Part shown: in pieces, positions 36,185 through 45,862 of the stretch
Position numbering within the stretch: the first letter of the stretch is position 1
How the letters are laid out: each line of letters begins with the position of its first letter
DNA from: a virus
Virus record (IMG/VR): IMGVR_UViG_3300025383_000015
Span: 36,325-100,324 of that record
Direction: 5' to 3' (one strand)
DNA: 64,000 nt
Made by a program: the position numbers and the translations under genes
The notes under the pieces: model-generated
Databases searched by the model: none
Seen by the model: only the letters and a program-made list of their open reading frames with translations
What the model was told of the DNA's origin: nothing

Positions 36185-37566
36185 TTTCCACCTGCTGCTG
36201 CTGTAGATGCTGCGTTATAAAGTACTGAGTTGTCGTAGTAACGAGTGCATGTAATGTTTACAGTAGTAAATATTGGAACCATTCTCTCGTTAAAGATAGC
36301 ATGGTTTATGTCCAAAGAAGATACTCGAACAAGGTAACGAAGGTTTGCTCCCAAGTGTAACTCTACTGGAATTGGCATTAACCAACCTTTGTCCGCTGTA
36401 ATGATGTTGCCTACACTCGATTTGTATTGTGAGTTATATCCTCCTGTAGCCTTAAATAAATACTCAAGGTCATACATAGTTCCACGCTCATAGATCAGAC
36501 CTCGTTCAGAAGCCGACACAGTTTGTGGATACGGGGAAGTATTTCCAGTCAAAAACTCACCAGTTTTGTCTTTTATGTACATCATGTCTTCGATACGGTT
36601 GAGTATTAAAGAGAATGTAACTGTGCTGGCAAGAAGTCCATTACCAATTGCTGTAGCAATATCCGCACCAGACTGCTCAAACTGAGGAGAAAAACTTTCT
36701 ACAATTCCCCAAGACATTCCCACAGAGGTTGGGTTGTAAAGAAACTTAAATCCATACGGAGTTGTATCAGCAGGTAACCCAGATGCCGCAGTTCCTTTGG
36801 TAAGTACGCTGGCATCAGCAGCCAAATTTTGGCTCATTTGAATGACGCCTTTGGCTCCTTTGAACTTACCATCTTTGTCTGGTTGCCAGGCCAACTGTGC
36901 ATGGTCCCAGGCTCCTGGATTAGTGATAAGCATGTCATTTTTTGCGGACAATACTTGAGGTCCAAACTTCAAGTACGAAGATGAAGTCATTGGAGCGTTG
37001 TATGTGTAAGGCTTTGGATCACCCACAACTGCTGGTGGGGGCGTTCCTCCAGGTCCACCAGCCCCAGCACTAGTTACTGCGGGTGCAGGTTTTCCTGCAG
37101 CGTTTGCAGCCGTTGCTTTAGCCAATGCATCTTGATCTATTTTTAAAGTAGTTTTTGCAGTTTGTTCGGCTTGGTTAGCACTTGTTAAATCTGAGGTGGT
37201 TTGTTGTGCTTCTTTTACTACTGCTTGCCATTTGTTGTACGCTGCTTGTACTGATGTTTGGATACTGCTACTTAAAGTAGTTATATCTACAGTTCCTTTT
37301 GGATTGTTTACAGGTTCAGAGATGTTGTACTCGTGTAACAAACCAAGGTACAAGTTGTACTCTGTTTGTGCATACGTGTTTTCATCGTCTAGTTTGCTAA
37401 CTAAATCACTTACTTTTTTAACAGCAGCATCGTACGTAGTCTTTTGCGTTATGACTGCTTGAAAATCATTATTAAGGATTTGTTGATTTGCAGCAAGTTG
37501 AGCAGAAGATAACCCAGTATTTGCTCCTGGTCTTGTAGTGTTAGGACTTACTTTTTTAGTACCCAT
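36181..37566 (-). CDS. Putative tail tube initiator/baseplate protein
   Basis: FKFLYNPTSV...FNERMVP..TTVNIT C-terminal domain; lies between the TMP and LysM genes. Confidence 0.55.
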   Translation of the reverse strand: MGTKKVSPNTTRPGANTGLSSAQLAANQQILNNDFQAVITQKTTYDAAVKKVSDLVSKLDDENTYAQTEYNLYLGLLHEYNISEPVNNPKGTVDITTLSSSIQTSVQAAYNKWQAVVKEAQQTTSDLTSANQAEQTAKTTLKIDQDALAKATAANAAGKPAPAVTSAGAGGPGGTPPPAVVGDPKPYTYNAPMTSSSYLKFGPQVLSAKNDMLITNPGAWDHAQLAWQPDKDGKFKGAKGVIQMSQNLAADASVLTKGTAASGLPADTTPYGFKFLYNPTSVGMSWGIVESFSPQFEQSGADIATAIGNGLLASTVTFSLILNRIEDMMYIKDKTGEFLTGNTSPYPQTVSASERGLIYERGTMYDLEYLFKATGGYNSQYKSSVGNIITADKGWLMPIPVELHLGANLRYLVRVSSLDINHAIFNERMVPIFTTVNITCTRYYDNSVLYNAASTAAAGGK

Positions 37567-40307
37567 TATCTACTTCCCATCATGGAGATGCTGTTATTCT
37601 CTTCAAGAATGCTCTGCACTTTTTTAGCAAACCTAACTGCTTCGTCTTGGGAAGCCTGTGCAATGTTCACTGTTATCTGAACATTAGTTGATCCTCCCCC
37701 TCCTCCAGAAGAAGGCATTGAAGCGCCAAATCCAGAAGTTCCACCGCCATAACCAGGTATTTGTGTTCCCCATGGAGAATGGTTAACTGCACTAAGAACT
37801 CCAGCAGTGTTGTTACCTGTAGATAGAGCACTTAAAATGGACTTGTAACGTCCATTGTTAATTGTGTCAATGGTTGCCTGCATTCCCTGATTAAAACTTA
37901 CGTACGATTCAACACCAACACTGTTGATAGGTACGGCCCCTGCTTCTGGTTGTGTTGTGTTTAGAGGATTGTAATGTGCAGAGTTATTCCACTGCCCACC
38001 TTCGTACGCCATCCACGTAGTAATAGCAGCAATATTTTGTTGTGTAACTGGTTTTCCTAGGTTAGTAAGAAATTGTTTTGCCCAATCTAATTTGCTGCCA
38101 GTAGCAAGGATTGTTCCTGGAGCGTTTACGCTACTTCCAGAAACTGTTTGTGGAGTTCCGCCTGTTCCTGTTAAAAATGCTGCTGGATCAACTGGGTTGT
38201 TGTGTCCTTTACGAACTTCAAAGTGAAGGTGAGGCCCAGTGACGTTACCCGATTGTCCAGACTTACCAATTTCTTGACCAGCAACTACTGTTTGTCCAAT
38301 TTTTACTGACTTACTTTGTAGGTGACCGTACAGTGTTTGGTAGCCGTTACCGTGATCAATTTGAACATACACACCAAAATCTGCGCCAGGAGAATCATCA
38401 AAGACAATTCCATCAGCAACAGCCTTTACAGACGTTCCTACAGGAACTGCATAGTCATCACCTGTGTGGTAGTTCTTTGCTCCATTCCACATGCCTGGAT
38501 CTTTTGCTCCATACATTGTGGTAGGTGCAACTCCAGGAATTGGAGAATTTAATGTTTGTTTTGTGCTTTGACCTGAGTATGGGTGAAGAGCACCCGTGTT
38601 TGCTGCTGGAGATGAGTATTGTCCTGGTGTTGCTTGCGCTTGAGAATACGCTCCACCTTTAGCACCAAACGATGCTCCAAATCCACCATAAGAACTTCCA
38701 CCAGAACCAAAAAATCCAGCAACTCCACCGATCACGGTACCGATAACAGCGCCAGGAGCAGCACCTACGCCAAAGAATCCAGCACCAATACTTGCACCAA
38801 TTAAAGCACCAGCACCAGCACTAGCGGCAATACTTCCCCCACGAACTACATCTCTACCAGTACTTGTTTTGTTTAACCCTGTTGCATTTCCAAGTTCTTT
38901 TCCGCCTTGGCCCATAAGGTATCCCGCACCAGCAGCCGTTGTTGCACCTCCCGCTACTCGCCCAAGAACGCCTGCACTAGTTGATGCTATTCTTCCAGCA
39001 CTAAGAACTGATGAACCACTGCTGCCTATTGGTATTCCTAGTTTCTCTGCAGCAGCAAGGGCAACCATACCTTCTGCAATATTTTTAATGCCCATCGTAA
39101 ATCCGCCAATAAGTGAGGTAAGGGCTGAGCCTAACCCAGTTTGACCCAATCCTTGAAGATAGGCTTTTGCTTCAATTACTGACTGGCCAAACTGCGCCAT
39201 CTTTTGATTTACATCTGTAATAGTAGTTGCAGCGGCTTGGTACCCCTTGATCATAGAGTCTTGAGAAGCCTGCATTAAGTTTGTTTGAGATGTTGTTATT
39301 TGTTGCCCTGCAGCGTTAGGGTTTCCTGCTCCAGATAGCGTTGCTAGATCTGCGTTCTTTCCTTGTGCTAATAGCAAGAACTGTGCTTTAAAAAGTTGTT
39401 GTTGGTCTGGGGATAAGTTAAGGGCGTTTAAATCTGCGCCAGCAAGACCGTATTGCAAAGACTGTTGAACGGCATTTACGTTGCCTTTTCCACGTCCTTG
39501 AAAGATGCGATTAAAAAGTTGACTTGCAATTTGAGATTCAGAAAGTGGATTTCCCTGTTGATCAAACTGGGATATTCCATACTGATAAAGGTTTGCTCCC
39601 ATAGCGCCAGTCTGTAATCCACCAATAGCGGTAGCAGCGGCTGCATTGCTCATATTAAATTGTCGGTATGCTCCACCAACTTCTCTTATGCTTTGTAGGT
39701 ATGGACTGCTTCCTGGAGCATACCCGTACTGCTGAGTAAGGATGGCAGCAGCGGCTGCATCATCCCCAATACCTGAAACACCTCTTCCAAATCCTCCGCT
39801 AATTGCGCTAAGGGTTGAGGTCTGTAATTGCTTATATCCAAGACCAGTGGTTGAGTATTGTGAGACGGCGTAGTAGTTAGACGCACGAGCAATTGTGGCA
39901 CCTAGATCAGGTCCTAGTGAATAAGCAGCACCTGCAACTCCTCCAGCAACTTGAGCAGCGCCACCAAGGATTGAGAACTTTGCCACAGTCGGAGACATCC
40001 ACGGCATAGCGGTAGCGCTTGCACGTTGCTGTTGTGCTGCAGATTGAGGTTGCGAGGCTGGAACCATGTTCTCAGCCACGCCATTACCTGCTGTTGTAAA
40101 GTTAGCACCGTCTGTACCAAGATTAACTTTTGTACCTTTGGTAAGATTCTTTTGACCATTTTTTGTAATGGTCTTACGCATTGTGTCAGCCGCTGTTTGG
40201 GCAGGTGCAGAGATGTGTTTGATCGTGTCATTGATCTCGCTAAGAGTTTTAAGCGTGTCCTTAAGGGCGTCATTAAGTGACTTAACGCTCGTCACCATAC
40301 TAGCCAT
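37566..40307 (-). CDS. Tape measure protein with M23 peptidase and lysozyme-like domains
   Basis: Ala/Gly/Gln-rich helical body; HTGDD...YGHL...GPHLHFE (M23); WMAYEGG...YNPLNT. Confidence 0.82.
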   Translation of the reverse strand: MASMVTSVKSLNDALKDTLKTLSEINDTIKHISAPAQTAADTMRKTITKNGQKNLTKGTKVNLGTDGANFTTAGNGVAENMVPASQPQSAAQQQRASATAMPWMSPTVAKFSILGGAAQVAGGVAGAAYSLGPDLGATIARASNYYAVSQYSTTGLGYKQLQTSTLSAISGGFGRGVSGIGDDAAAAAILTQQYGYAPGSSPYLQSIREVGGAYRQFNMSNAAAATAIGGLQTGAMGANLYQYGISQFDQQGNPLSESQIASQLFNRIFQGRGKGNVNAVQQSLQYGLAGADLNALNLSPDQQQLFKAQFLLLAQGKNADLATLSGAGNPNAAGQQITTSQTNLMQASQDSMIKGYQAAATTITDVNQKMAQFGQSVIEAKAYLQGLGQTGLGSALTSLIGGFTMGIKNIAEGMVALAAAEKLGIPIGSSGSSVLSAGRIASTSAGVLGRVAGGATTAAGAGYLMGQGGKELGNATGLNKTSTGRDVVRGGSIAASAGAGALIGASIGAGFFGVGAAPGAVIGTVIGGVAGFFGSGGSSYGGFGASFGAKGGAYSQAQATPGQYSSPAANTGALHPYSGQSTKQTLNSPIPGVAPTTMYGAKDPGMWNGAKNYHTGDDYAVPVGTSVKAVADGIVFDDSPGADFGVYVQIDHGNGYQTLYGHLQSKSVKIGQTVVAGQEIGKSGQSGNVTGPHLHFEVRKGHNNPVDPAAFLTGTGGTPQTVSGSSVNAPGTILATGSKLDWAKQFLTNLGKPVTQQNIAAITTWMAYEGGQWNNSAHYNPLNTTQPEAGAVPINSVGVESYVSFNQGMQATIDTINNGRYKSILSALSTGNNTAGVLSAVNHSPWGTQIPGYGGGTSGFGASMPSSGGGGGSTNVQITVNIAQASQDEAVRFAKKVQSILEENNSISMMGSR

Positions 40308-40467
40308 CTGGACTCCTTATCGCTTTTGCCTTGGCTAGTTCTAGCCAATTCTTTCTTTCTCTAGAGGACATCTCTTTTATCTCTGTGAGATTCCAACTTC
40401 CGTATATCTCTGATATAGCCGCCCATTCAGCGAATAACTGAACGTATGGAATGATATTAGAATTGAA
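40300..40467 (-). CDS. Start-less +1-frame ORF; probable frameshift extension of the tail assembly chaperone
   Basis: Reads FNSNIIPYVQLFAEWAAISEIYGSWNLTEIKEMSSRERKNWLELAKAKAIRSPDG; fills the gap before the TMP; no ATG/GTG/TTG before the late internal Met. Confidence 0.6.
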   Translation of the reverse strand, partial: FNSNIIPYVQLFAEWAAISEIYGSWNLTEIKEMSSRERKNWLELAKAKAIRSPDG

Positions 40468-41266
40468 ACAACGTACCCAAATTAATGGATATCGTTACCT
40501 CACTTCCGCAATCAGGGCATTCCATGGTTACATCATCAAACTGTGGACCAGGTACTCGTTTGTTAATTTCTGAAATGATCTTTTTACGATCTACAATTGG
40601 AAGATTTTGAACTTGGAGTTTGCTGTATACAGGTGAACCGTTAATCTTTAACACTGTCTTCTCAAGAAGAATCGTGTTCATTTCTGCAGGAGTTTTATCT
40701 GCATTATTGATCAATTCTTTTTGAGCAATACCAGTTGGAAGTTGTACTTCAATCTCTCCAGCCTTACCACTAACAGTAAAGACTCTGTCTCCCACAGGAT
40801 CTGTAAGAATCTTTGTCTTAATATCTTCGTTAATATCTACTGTTACATTTTTAAAGTCATTACAGCCTGAACAAAAGATAGACATATCTGTTGTTGAACC
40901 AAATGTTGCTTTCAAGATACCAAGAAGAATTGCATCTCGATCTCCTGTCAACATGTGATCAAGGATCTTATCGTCAGCCTTTAGGTCTCCAACTTTGACA
41001 GTTCCTCGTTCTAAGATAGTTAGAAGAGCCTTGCCAACATTTGCAGCCTTTGAAATAACTTCTTCATCTCGACCGTTCAACTCACGTACCTCTGCGGTCT
41101 GTAGCAACTCCCCAGCGGTTGAAATGTAACCGCCAGGAAGTTGTACAGTCGTATCTGAAGGAGCAATTATTGTTGGGTTGATATCTTTAGGAGACTCTTT
41201 AAGAGCATCCTTAATTAAGTTGTTTGCCAAGTCTGGGTTAGAGACTGCACTAATTGTGTTCGACAT
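40457..41266 (-). CDS. Tail/baseplate hub assembly chaperone (T4 gp26-like)
   Basis: VRELNGRDEE, GDRDAILL, CSGC and CPDC; between the tube and TMP genes. Confidence 0.75.
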   Translation of the reverse strand: MSNTISAVSNPDLANNLIKDALKESPKDINPTIIAPSDTTVQLPGGYISTAGELLQTAEVRELNGRDEEVISKAANVGKALLTILERGTVKVGDLKADDKILDHMLTGDRDAILLGILKATFGSTTDMSIFCSGCNDFKNVTVDINEDIKTKILTDPVGDRVFTVSGKAGEIEVQLPTGIAQKELINNADKTPAEMNTILLEKTVLKINGSPVYSKLQVQNLPIVDRKKIISEINKRVPGPQFDDVTMECPDCGSEVTISINLGTLFQF

Positions 41267-41285
41267 TATGTTCCTTTGCTAGTTG

Positions 41286-41963
41286 TTAGTGTGCGCCAGT
41301 TGCTGCTGAAGAACCGCCCGCTGCAGTAAATGCAGGAGCGCTTGTTGCTACATCTGATCCCCATGAGATGTCAAATCCTTCGTGAACCAAAGACATCTGT
41401 TCTACGAGAAGGGCGTTGTCACCAGCGTTAAGGTCAGAGTATGAGACTGAGGTTGGCCATGCGTTGTAAACCATAAAGCGCATAGCAACTACGTCTGTGG
41501 ATGAGTCAGTAGCCGCAGCAGTTCCATCAGCGGTTTGAGCACCCTGTGGAATTGGGTGTGCAAGAACCTTAATCTCAACATCACAACGGAAGTTGTCTCC
41601 CGCAGCGCGTGAAGATCCACCACCTTGAACTGTTGCAAAAAGGGTCTTCATCCAATCCCAGTTTGTGCTTGTTCCAAGGATTACACCGCGTTGGAAGGTG
41701 ATTGGAGCAAACGTTGTTTGTCCAGGGATCTGGTGAACAGTGGTGTTGTATCCACCCTCACGGTAAGGAATGGAGTCTGTAGTGATTGACATTCCTGAGA
41801 TTGAGGTAAATCCAAATGTAACGGGAGGAGTAGCAAGGTGAGTCATAGCCGTATTAGCGTTTGCTCCACCAGCGTTTGGAAGTGGTGTGAAGGTAACGAG
41901 GTACCTAAAGTTGCGTAACGGATCAGTCGCAAGCGATGATCGGTTATTGTTGATTGTTGGCAT
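41286..41963 (-). CDS. Tail tube protein (T4 gp19-like)
   Basis: DPLRNFRY, YREGG...PG, ITFQRG, NAWP...SDLNA, LVHEG. Confidence 0.9.
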   Translation of the reverse strand: MPTINNNRSSLATDPLRNFRYLVTFTPLPNAGGANANTAMTHLATPPVTFGFTSISGMSITTDSIPYREGGYNTTVHQIPGQTTFAPITFQRGVILGTSTNWDWMKTLFATVQGGGSSRAAGDNFRCDVEIKVLAHPIPQGAQTADGTAAATDSSTDVVAMRFMVYNAWPTSVSYSDLNAGDNALLVEQMSLVHEGFDISWGSDVATSAPAFTAAGGSSAATGAH

Positions 41964-41980
41964 CTGTTATCTCCTTCGGA

Positions 41981-43498
41981 TTACGCCAGGGTCATTTGAC
42001 TGAGGTTAAGTACTACAAACTCAGCAGGGTACTCAAGGGCAACGCCAACTTGGATGTTGACAATGCCATTTTGAATTGACGATGCTGTGTTGTTTGTTGC
42101 ATCGCAGAGCACGTAAAAGGCTTGGGCTGGTGTTCCACCACGAAGTCCACCTTGGTTACGATAGTCGTTTAAGAATGAGGTAAACGCGTTTGTGATACGA
42201 GACCATAGGCGCTCATCGTTGTTCTCAAACAATGCGATTTGAGCAATACTCTTTAGGTTTTGCTCAATGTAAATAAGTGAACGGCGCATGTTTACATATC
42301 GGTTGGCTGTTCCATCTTGTAGGAGAGTACGAGCACCCATGACTACAACGCCAGCACCAGGAATTTGGCGAATAGCGTTTACTGGAGCAACTGAACCAGT
42401 TCCTGCTGATGGAAGTCCCAAGTTAAGGTTGTCAAGTTCAGTAGAGGTAAACGCACGCTCTAGTGAAATAACGCCAGTAAGTGGGAAGTTCAAACCTGCT
42501 GGAGCCTTAGATACACTCTTTGTGGCGTCTGTAGCAAGATACAGACCAGCAACTGCTGCTGATGGACCGACCAAACGGATTGCACCACTACCACGTCCAA
42601 CAGGATCGCTGATGTAGGTGTGTGGGTAGTACACTGCGGTATGGCTGCTTGCAGTCAATCCCTGTGAGTAGGTGATCGCAGCATCAACAGTCTCTCCTGC
42701 AGGAGTTTCTGCAACAAAGAAACCATTGTTTGCTGCTGCCCAAGCAATTGCGTCGTTGATTACGCTGACAACGCCAGAAGCAAGGATGTCATTGATGTTA
42801 GGGATAAACATGACAAGGGCACGGTTTAGAGATGAGAATTCGTTCCAAACAGATGCGCTTGTTGATGCATAAGAGGTGTAATCCCCACCAACAACTGCTG
42901 ATCCATCTGATCCACCTGTTAGTGGGTAAACTGCAAGAACAGGTGTTCCTGAAGCAAGATTACTAACTTTGATTACAGATGCAGCAGTGTTGTTGATAAC
43001 TGTTCCAGCATAACTAGATGATGTTGAGTCACCAAATACAAGGTTTTCATAGCGCTCAAGAAGAACGTCTCCTGATACACCTTCTTTGTAAACTTCCACT
43101 GTGTATGTGCTAGATACTGATCCAGCCTTAACGTTGATGCGTAGGTTGTTACCGTCAGCACCACGGTTCTTTGCTGTGAATGTAGCGACTACAACGTTTC
43201 CTGATGTCTCAACATCAACTGTTGCAGCGGCTGCGTCACTGTGAAGGATACGCTTTACGTAAAGTTCGCGTCCTCCGTTATTAAAGAATTGAGCGACGCC
43301 AAACACTGCAGGGAATGTAGTGCTGTAGCCACCAAACTTTGAAGTAAATTCTGTCCAAGATTGAACGCGAGTCACAATCTCAGGACCTTGTGCAAATGGG
43401 GCAGCGATTGCACCAGCAGCACTTGTAGCAACTCCTTGAGCGAGAGGTGCTGGAAGTAGTGTCTCTGTTAGGTAGACACCTGCACGACCGTAAGTCAT
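41981..43498 (-). CDS. Tail sheath protein
   Basis: GVYLTE, FFNNGG, KAPAG, GARTL, YVNMRR, FENND, PAEFV. Confidence 0.93.
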   Translation of the reverse strand: MTYGRAGVYLTETLLPAPLAQGVATSAAGAIAAPFAQGPEIVTRVQSWTEFTSKFGGYSTTFPAVFGVAQFFNNGGRELYVKRILHSDAAAATVDVETSGNVVVATFTAKNRGADGNNLRINVKAGSVSSTYTVEVYKEGVSGDVLLERYENLVFGDSTSSSYAGTVINNTAASVIKVSNLASGTPVLAVYPLTGGSDGSAVVGGDYTSYASTSASVWNEFSSLNRALVMFIPNINDILASGVVSVINDAIAWAAANNGFFVAETPAGETVDAAITYSQGLTASSHTAVYYPHTYISDPVGRGSGAIRLVGPSAAVAGLYLATDATKSVSKAPAGLNFPLTGVISLERAFTSTELDNLNLGLPSAGTGSVAPVNAIRQIPGAGVVVMGARTLLQDGTANRYVNMRRSLIYIEQNLKSIAQIALFENNDERLWSRITNAFTSFLNDYRNQGGLRGGTPAQAFYVLCDATNNTASSIQNGIVNIQVGVALEYPAEFVVLNLSQMTLA

Positions 43499-43532
43499 TC
43501 TTTCTCCTGTCTTGTTGTTGGTAGGTTCCGTA

Positions 43533-44201
43533 TTATGAGGTTATTGTGATCGGATGAATAGGCGTAAAGTTAGGATGTGTTCCTCCTCGAACTTCATCCT
43601 GATAGCCTGTCATATTGACTTCAAGTGCCTTGTAGACTGCCGTATAGAGTTCTGGCACGATCTCACTGGAGATACGTACCGTGAATGCGTTTACAAATAA
43701 ACGCTTTCCTGCTTCTGTGATATCTCTCTTTGAGACATCCAGAACATCAAGACGACGAACTGTGTTGTCGTTAGGTTGTAGCACACCAAACCGCAGTGGT
43801 AGTCGGGTGTACATTAATTGCGCGATGATCTCGCGGTCATGGCGAGGTTCACGTGCATAGGTTGTGACTTGGTAGTCAATGTTTACTGGGATAGGTTCGT
43901 GGATATACCAGTCGTTTGTATCCGAGTTAAAATCTGTAGTTCCATCAGGAAGTTTTGTTGGATCCTGTAGGTATGTAGGCTTAACAAGACCACGCATAGC
44001 ACGACTAAAGTCTTCCGAGATATCTACCATATCGATAGTGATGTATGGGTAGTTTTGGTCTCTAATTTCCTGGGAAGGCTGACCAAACCACACGCCAACA
44101 TTTCTGGTTGAATCGCCGCTTGCGTTGGAGCGTTGGTCTGTTACCTTCATGCCCAAAAGAAGATTGCGAAGAGCCTCATCCTCTGAAAGAAGAAATGTCA
44201 T
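43533..44201 (-). CDS. Tail terminator/completion protein
   Basis: YPYITID, PVNIDYQV; immediately upstream of the sheath gene. Confidence 0.6.
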   Translation of the reverse strand: MTFLLSEDEALRNLLLGMKVTDQRSNASGDSTRNVGVWFGQPSQEIRDQNYPYITIDMVDISEDFSRAMRGLVKPTYLQDPTKLPDGTTDFNSDTNDWYIHEPIPVNIDYQVTTYAREPRHDREIIAQLMYTRLPLRFGVLQPNDNTVRRLDVLDVSKRDITEAGKRLFVNAFTVRISSEIVPELYTAVYKALEVNMTGYQDEVRGGTHPNFTPIHPITITS

Positions 44202-44515
44202 AGTCCGCCTCCTAGGTGTGCTAATAGGCGTCCAGTAAGAAACTCTTCGGCCTCACTCATGCGGTTTGAAAATCGGCGAATGGCGTAGGTTGGTCGAGTT
44301 CCTGGAGTACCGAACTCTAAGTCTTGCGCCTCATCAAAATGGGCTGGATGAACGTGGGTAGTAAAGCCACCTGTAGGGCTGTAGCGGACGTGTAGTCCAC
44401 GAACGATGTTATGAGGCCAGCCTGATGCTCGTGCCTCTGCACGAAGTTGTGCTGACATGTAGCGGGTTGTGTCGTGGGCTGAACGGTGAACTGCGATATG
44501 GTGTGGGCTGGTCAC
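44198..44515 (-). CDS. Putative neck/tail completion protein
   Basis: AQDLEFGT...P motif of HK97 gp10-like proteins; synteny. Confidence 0.5.
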   Translation of the reverse strand: MTSPHHIAVHRSAHDTTRYMSAQLRAEARASGWPHNIVRGLHVRYSPTGGFTTHVHPAHFDEAQDLEFGTPGTRPTYAIRRFSNRMSEAEEFLTGRLLAHLGGGL

Positions 44516-44682
44516 TTCTTCTTGCCCTTCGCAACTTTACCGCCGATGTAGCCTGCGAGTAGTGCTGCGAAGATTGGCTGTTTTTCTTTAGGACGAAAGC
44601 CGAACACACCACGCATGAACTCTTCACGTTCATGCTGATTGTTCATTTCAGCAACTTGTGTATACCAAGGTACATGTGCCAT
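44512..44682 (-). CDS. Hypothetical 56-aa protein
   Basis: Start reassigned to MAHVPW after an AAGGGG RBS. Confidence 0.6.
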   Translation of the reverse strand: MAHVPWYTQVAEMNNQHEREEFMRGVFGFRPKEKQPIFAALLAGYIGGKVAKGKKK

Positions 44683-44760
44683 CACAACCCCTTTATCGCA
44701 ACCAGTGGGAACTGTAGTCAGGTTACGCATGTAAGCCTGATGCTCTAAGGATAAAGAAAA

Positions 44761-44780
44761 AGCCCCACTTTCGTGGGGCT
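44761..44780 (-). terminator. Rho-independent terminator ending the microprotein array
   Basis: AGCCCCAC-GAAA-GTGGGGCT followed by TTTTCTTT on the minus strand. Confidence 0.85.
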
Positions 44781-44785
44781 AAGTC

Positions 44786-44965
44786 TTACTTCTTTTCTTT
44801 TTTGACTTTCTTGGCTAAAGCCTTGTCCATCTCTTTATCCTCTGCACGAGATGGTTTCTTCTTATCCATCTTCTTGTCAGCCTTTTTAAACGCCTTCTTT
44901 TGTTTTGGAGTCATGTCTTCCATAAGTTTGGCGTCTTGTTTTGCGTCAGACTCCTTCTTAGCCAT
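44786..44965 (-). CDS. Lys-rich microprotein, 59 aa (not in the ORF track)
   Basis: MAKKESDAKQDAKLMEDMTPKQKKAFKKADKKMDKKKPSRAEDKEMDKALAKKVKKEKK; TAATG coupling. Confidence 0.8.
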   Translation of the reverse strand: MAKKESDAKQDAKLMEDMTPKQKKAFKKADKKMDKKKPSRAEDKEMDKALAKKVKKEKK

Positions 44966-45123
44966 TACATGCCCTTCTTACGGTTTGTAATGACCTTTGG
45001 GTTTTTAGCCGATGATGCTTTCTTACCCTTACGAAGGGCAGCAAAGTCTGCAGCATCGATCTTCTTTGGATTACCGCCCATGGCAGCAATCTTCTTTTGC
45101 TTAGGAGAGAGACCGTCAGCCAT
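44965..45123 (-). CDS. Lys-rich microprotein, 52 aa (not in the ORF track)
   Basis: MADGLSPKQKKIAAMGGNPKKIDAADFAALRKGKKASSAKNPKVITNRKKGM; TAATG overlaps at both ends. Confidence 0.8.
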   Translation of the reverse strand: MADGLSPKQKKIAAMGGNPKKIDAADFAALRKGKKASSAKNPKVITNRKKGM

Positions 45124-45227
45124 TACTTGGCCTTCTTAGCACGAGCAGCCTTGCATGATGCACAGGTGCACTTACATCCTTTTGCTGGCTTTCCAGCCTT
45201 GCAACCACAACCACACTTAACGCACAT
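45123..45227 (-). CDS. Cys/Lys-rich metallothionein-like peptide, 34 aa (not in the ORF track)
   Basis: MCVKCGCGCKAGKPAKGCKCTCASCKAARAKKAK; 8 Cys; exactly fills the gap. Confidence 0.75.
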   Translation of the reverse strand: MCVKCGCGCKAGKPAKGCKCTCASCKAARAKKAK

Positions 45228-45229
45228 AG

Positions 45230-45391
45230 TTACTTACCTTTCGATTGTTTTGAAGCCCACATGTTATCGATCAAGTTTGGGTATGGACGACCAGCCTTTG
45301 CTGCTCGTGCCTTTGCCGCACTCTTTGCCGATGATGACAGAGGTGTAGACTTTTTCTTTGGATTTTTGGTATTCCAAACTTCTTTAGCCAT
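45230..45391 (-). CDS. Basic microprotein, 53 aa (not in the ORF track)
   Basis: MAKEVWNTKNPKKKSTPLSSSAKSAAKARAAKAGRPYPNLIDNMWASKQSKGK. Confidence 0.8.
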   Translation of the reverse strand: MAKEVWNTKNPKKKSTPLSSSAKSAAKARAAKAGRPYPNLIDNMWASKQSKGK

Positions 45392-45696
45392 TATTTCTTG
45401 CCTTTGTTTTTCTTGGAAATAGCGGCAGCCTTTTTCTTGGCATCAGCCTTTGAAGACGCACCCCATGCCTGAAGTGACAATAGCAATCTTGTTGGCTCAC
45501 CATTTGGCTTATGCTCAGGTCCTGGCATTCCACCCATTCGTGCAAGGAATGATGCACGACGAGGGTTGTCGCCCTTCTTTACTGGAGCCTTAAGATCAGA
45601 CCCAGGATGAGACTTTTCGTAGGACTTACGGCCTGTTTCATTGAGGCCACCTTTTTTGTTTTTACCTTTTGAGGTTTGCCATGCTTCTGATGCCAT
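45391..45696 (-). CDS. Basic protein, 101 aa (DUF6321-like, recalled)
   Basis: GGLNETGRKSY, RRASFLARMGG, SLQAWG. Confidence 0.8.
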   Translation of the reverse strand: MASEAWQTSKGKNKKGGLNETGRKSYEKSHPGSDLKAPVKKGDNPRRASFLARMGGMPGPEHKPNGEPTRLLLSLQAWGASSKADAKKKAAAISKKNKGKK

Positions 45697-45697
45697 G

Positions 45698-45862
45698 TTA
45701 TTTCTTCTTACCTGCTTGAGCCATCTTTTCCATCTTGGCTTTGCCGTACTTCTTCATACCAGCAGCCGCTGCAACTGCAGCAGGATTTTTAGCGCCAGAC
45801 TTCTTTGCTTCTTCTTCAACCTTCTTGAAGCGTGCTCCTGAACCTAACTTTGCTTTAGCCAT
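45698..45862 (-). CDS. Lys/Ala-rich microprotein, 54 aa (not in the ORF track)
   Basis: MAKAKLGSGARFKKVEEEAKKSGAKNPAAVAAAAGMKKYGKAKMEKMAQAGKKK. Confidence 0.8.
   Translation of the reverse strand: MAKAKLGSGARFKKVEEEAKKSGAKNPAAVAAAAGMKKYGKAKMEKMAQAGKKK

Noticed and set aside
28660-44201. Bacterial extracellular contractile injection system or tailocin
   Set aside because: Contiguous with a full phage replication module in one gene-dense, co-oriented block with no host housekeeping genes
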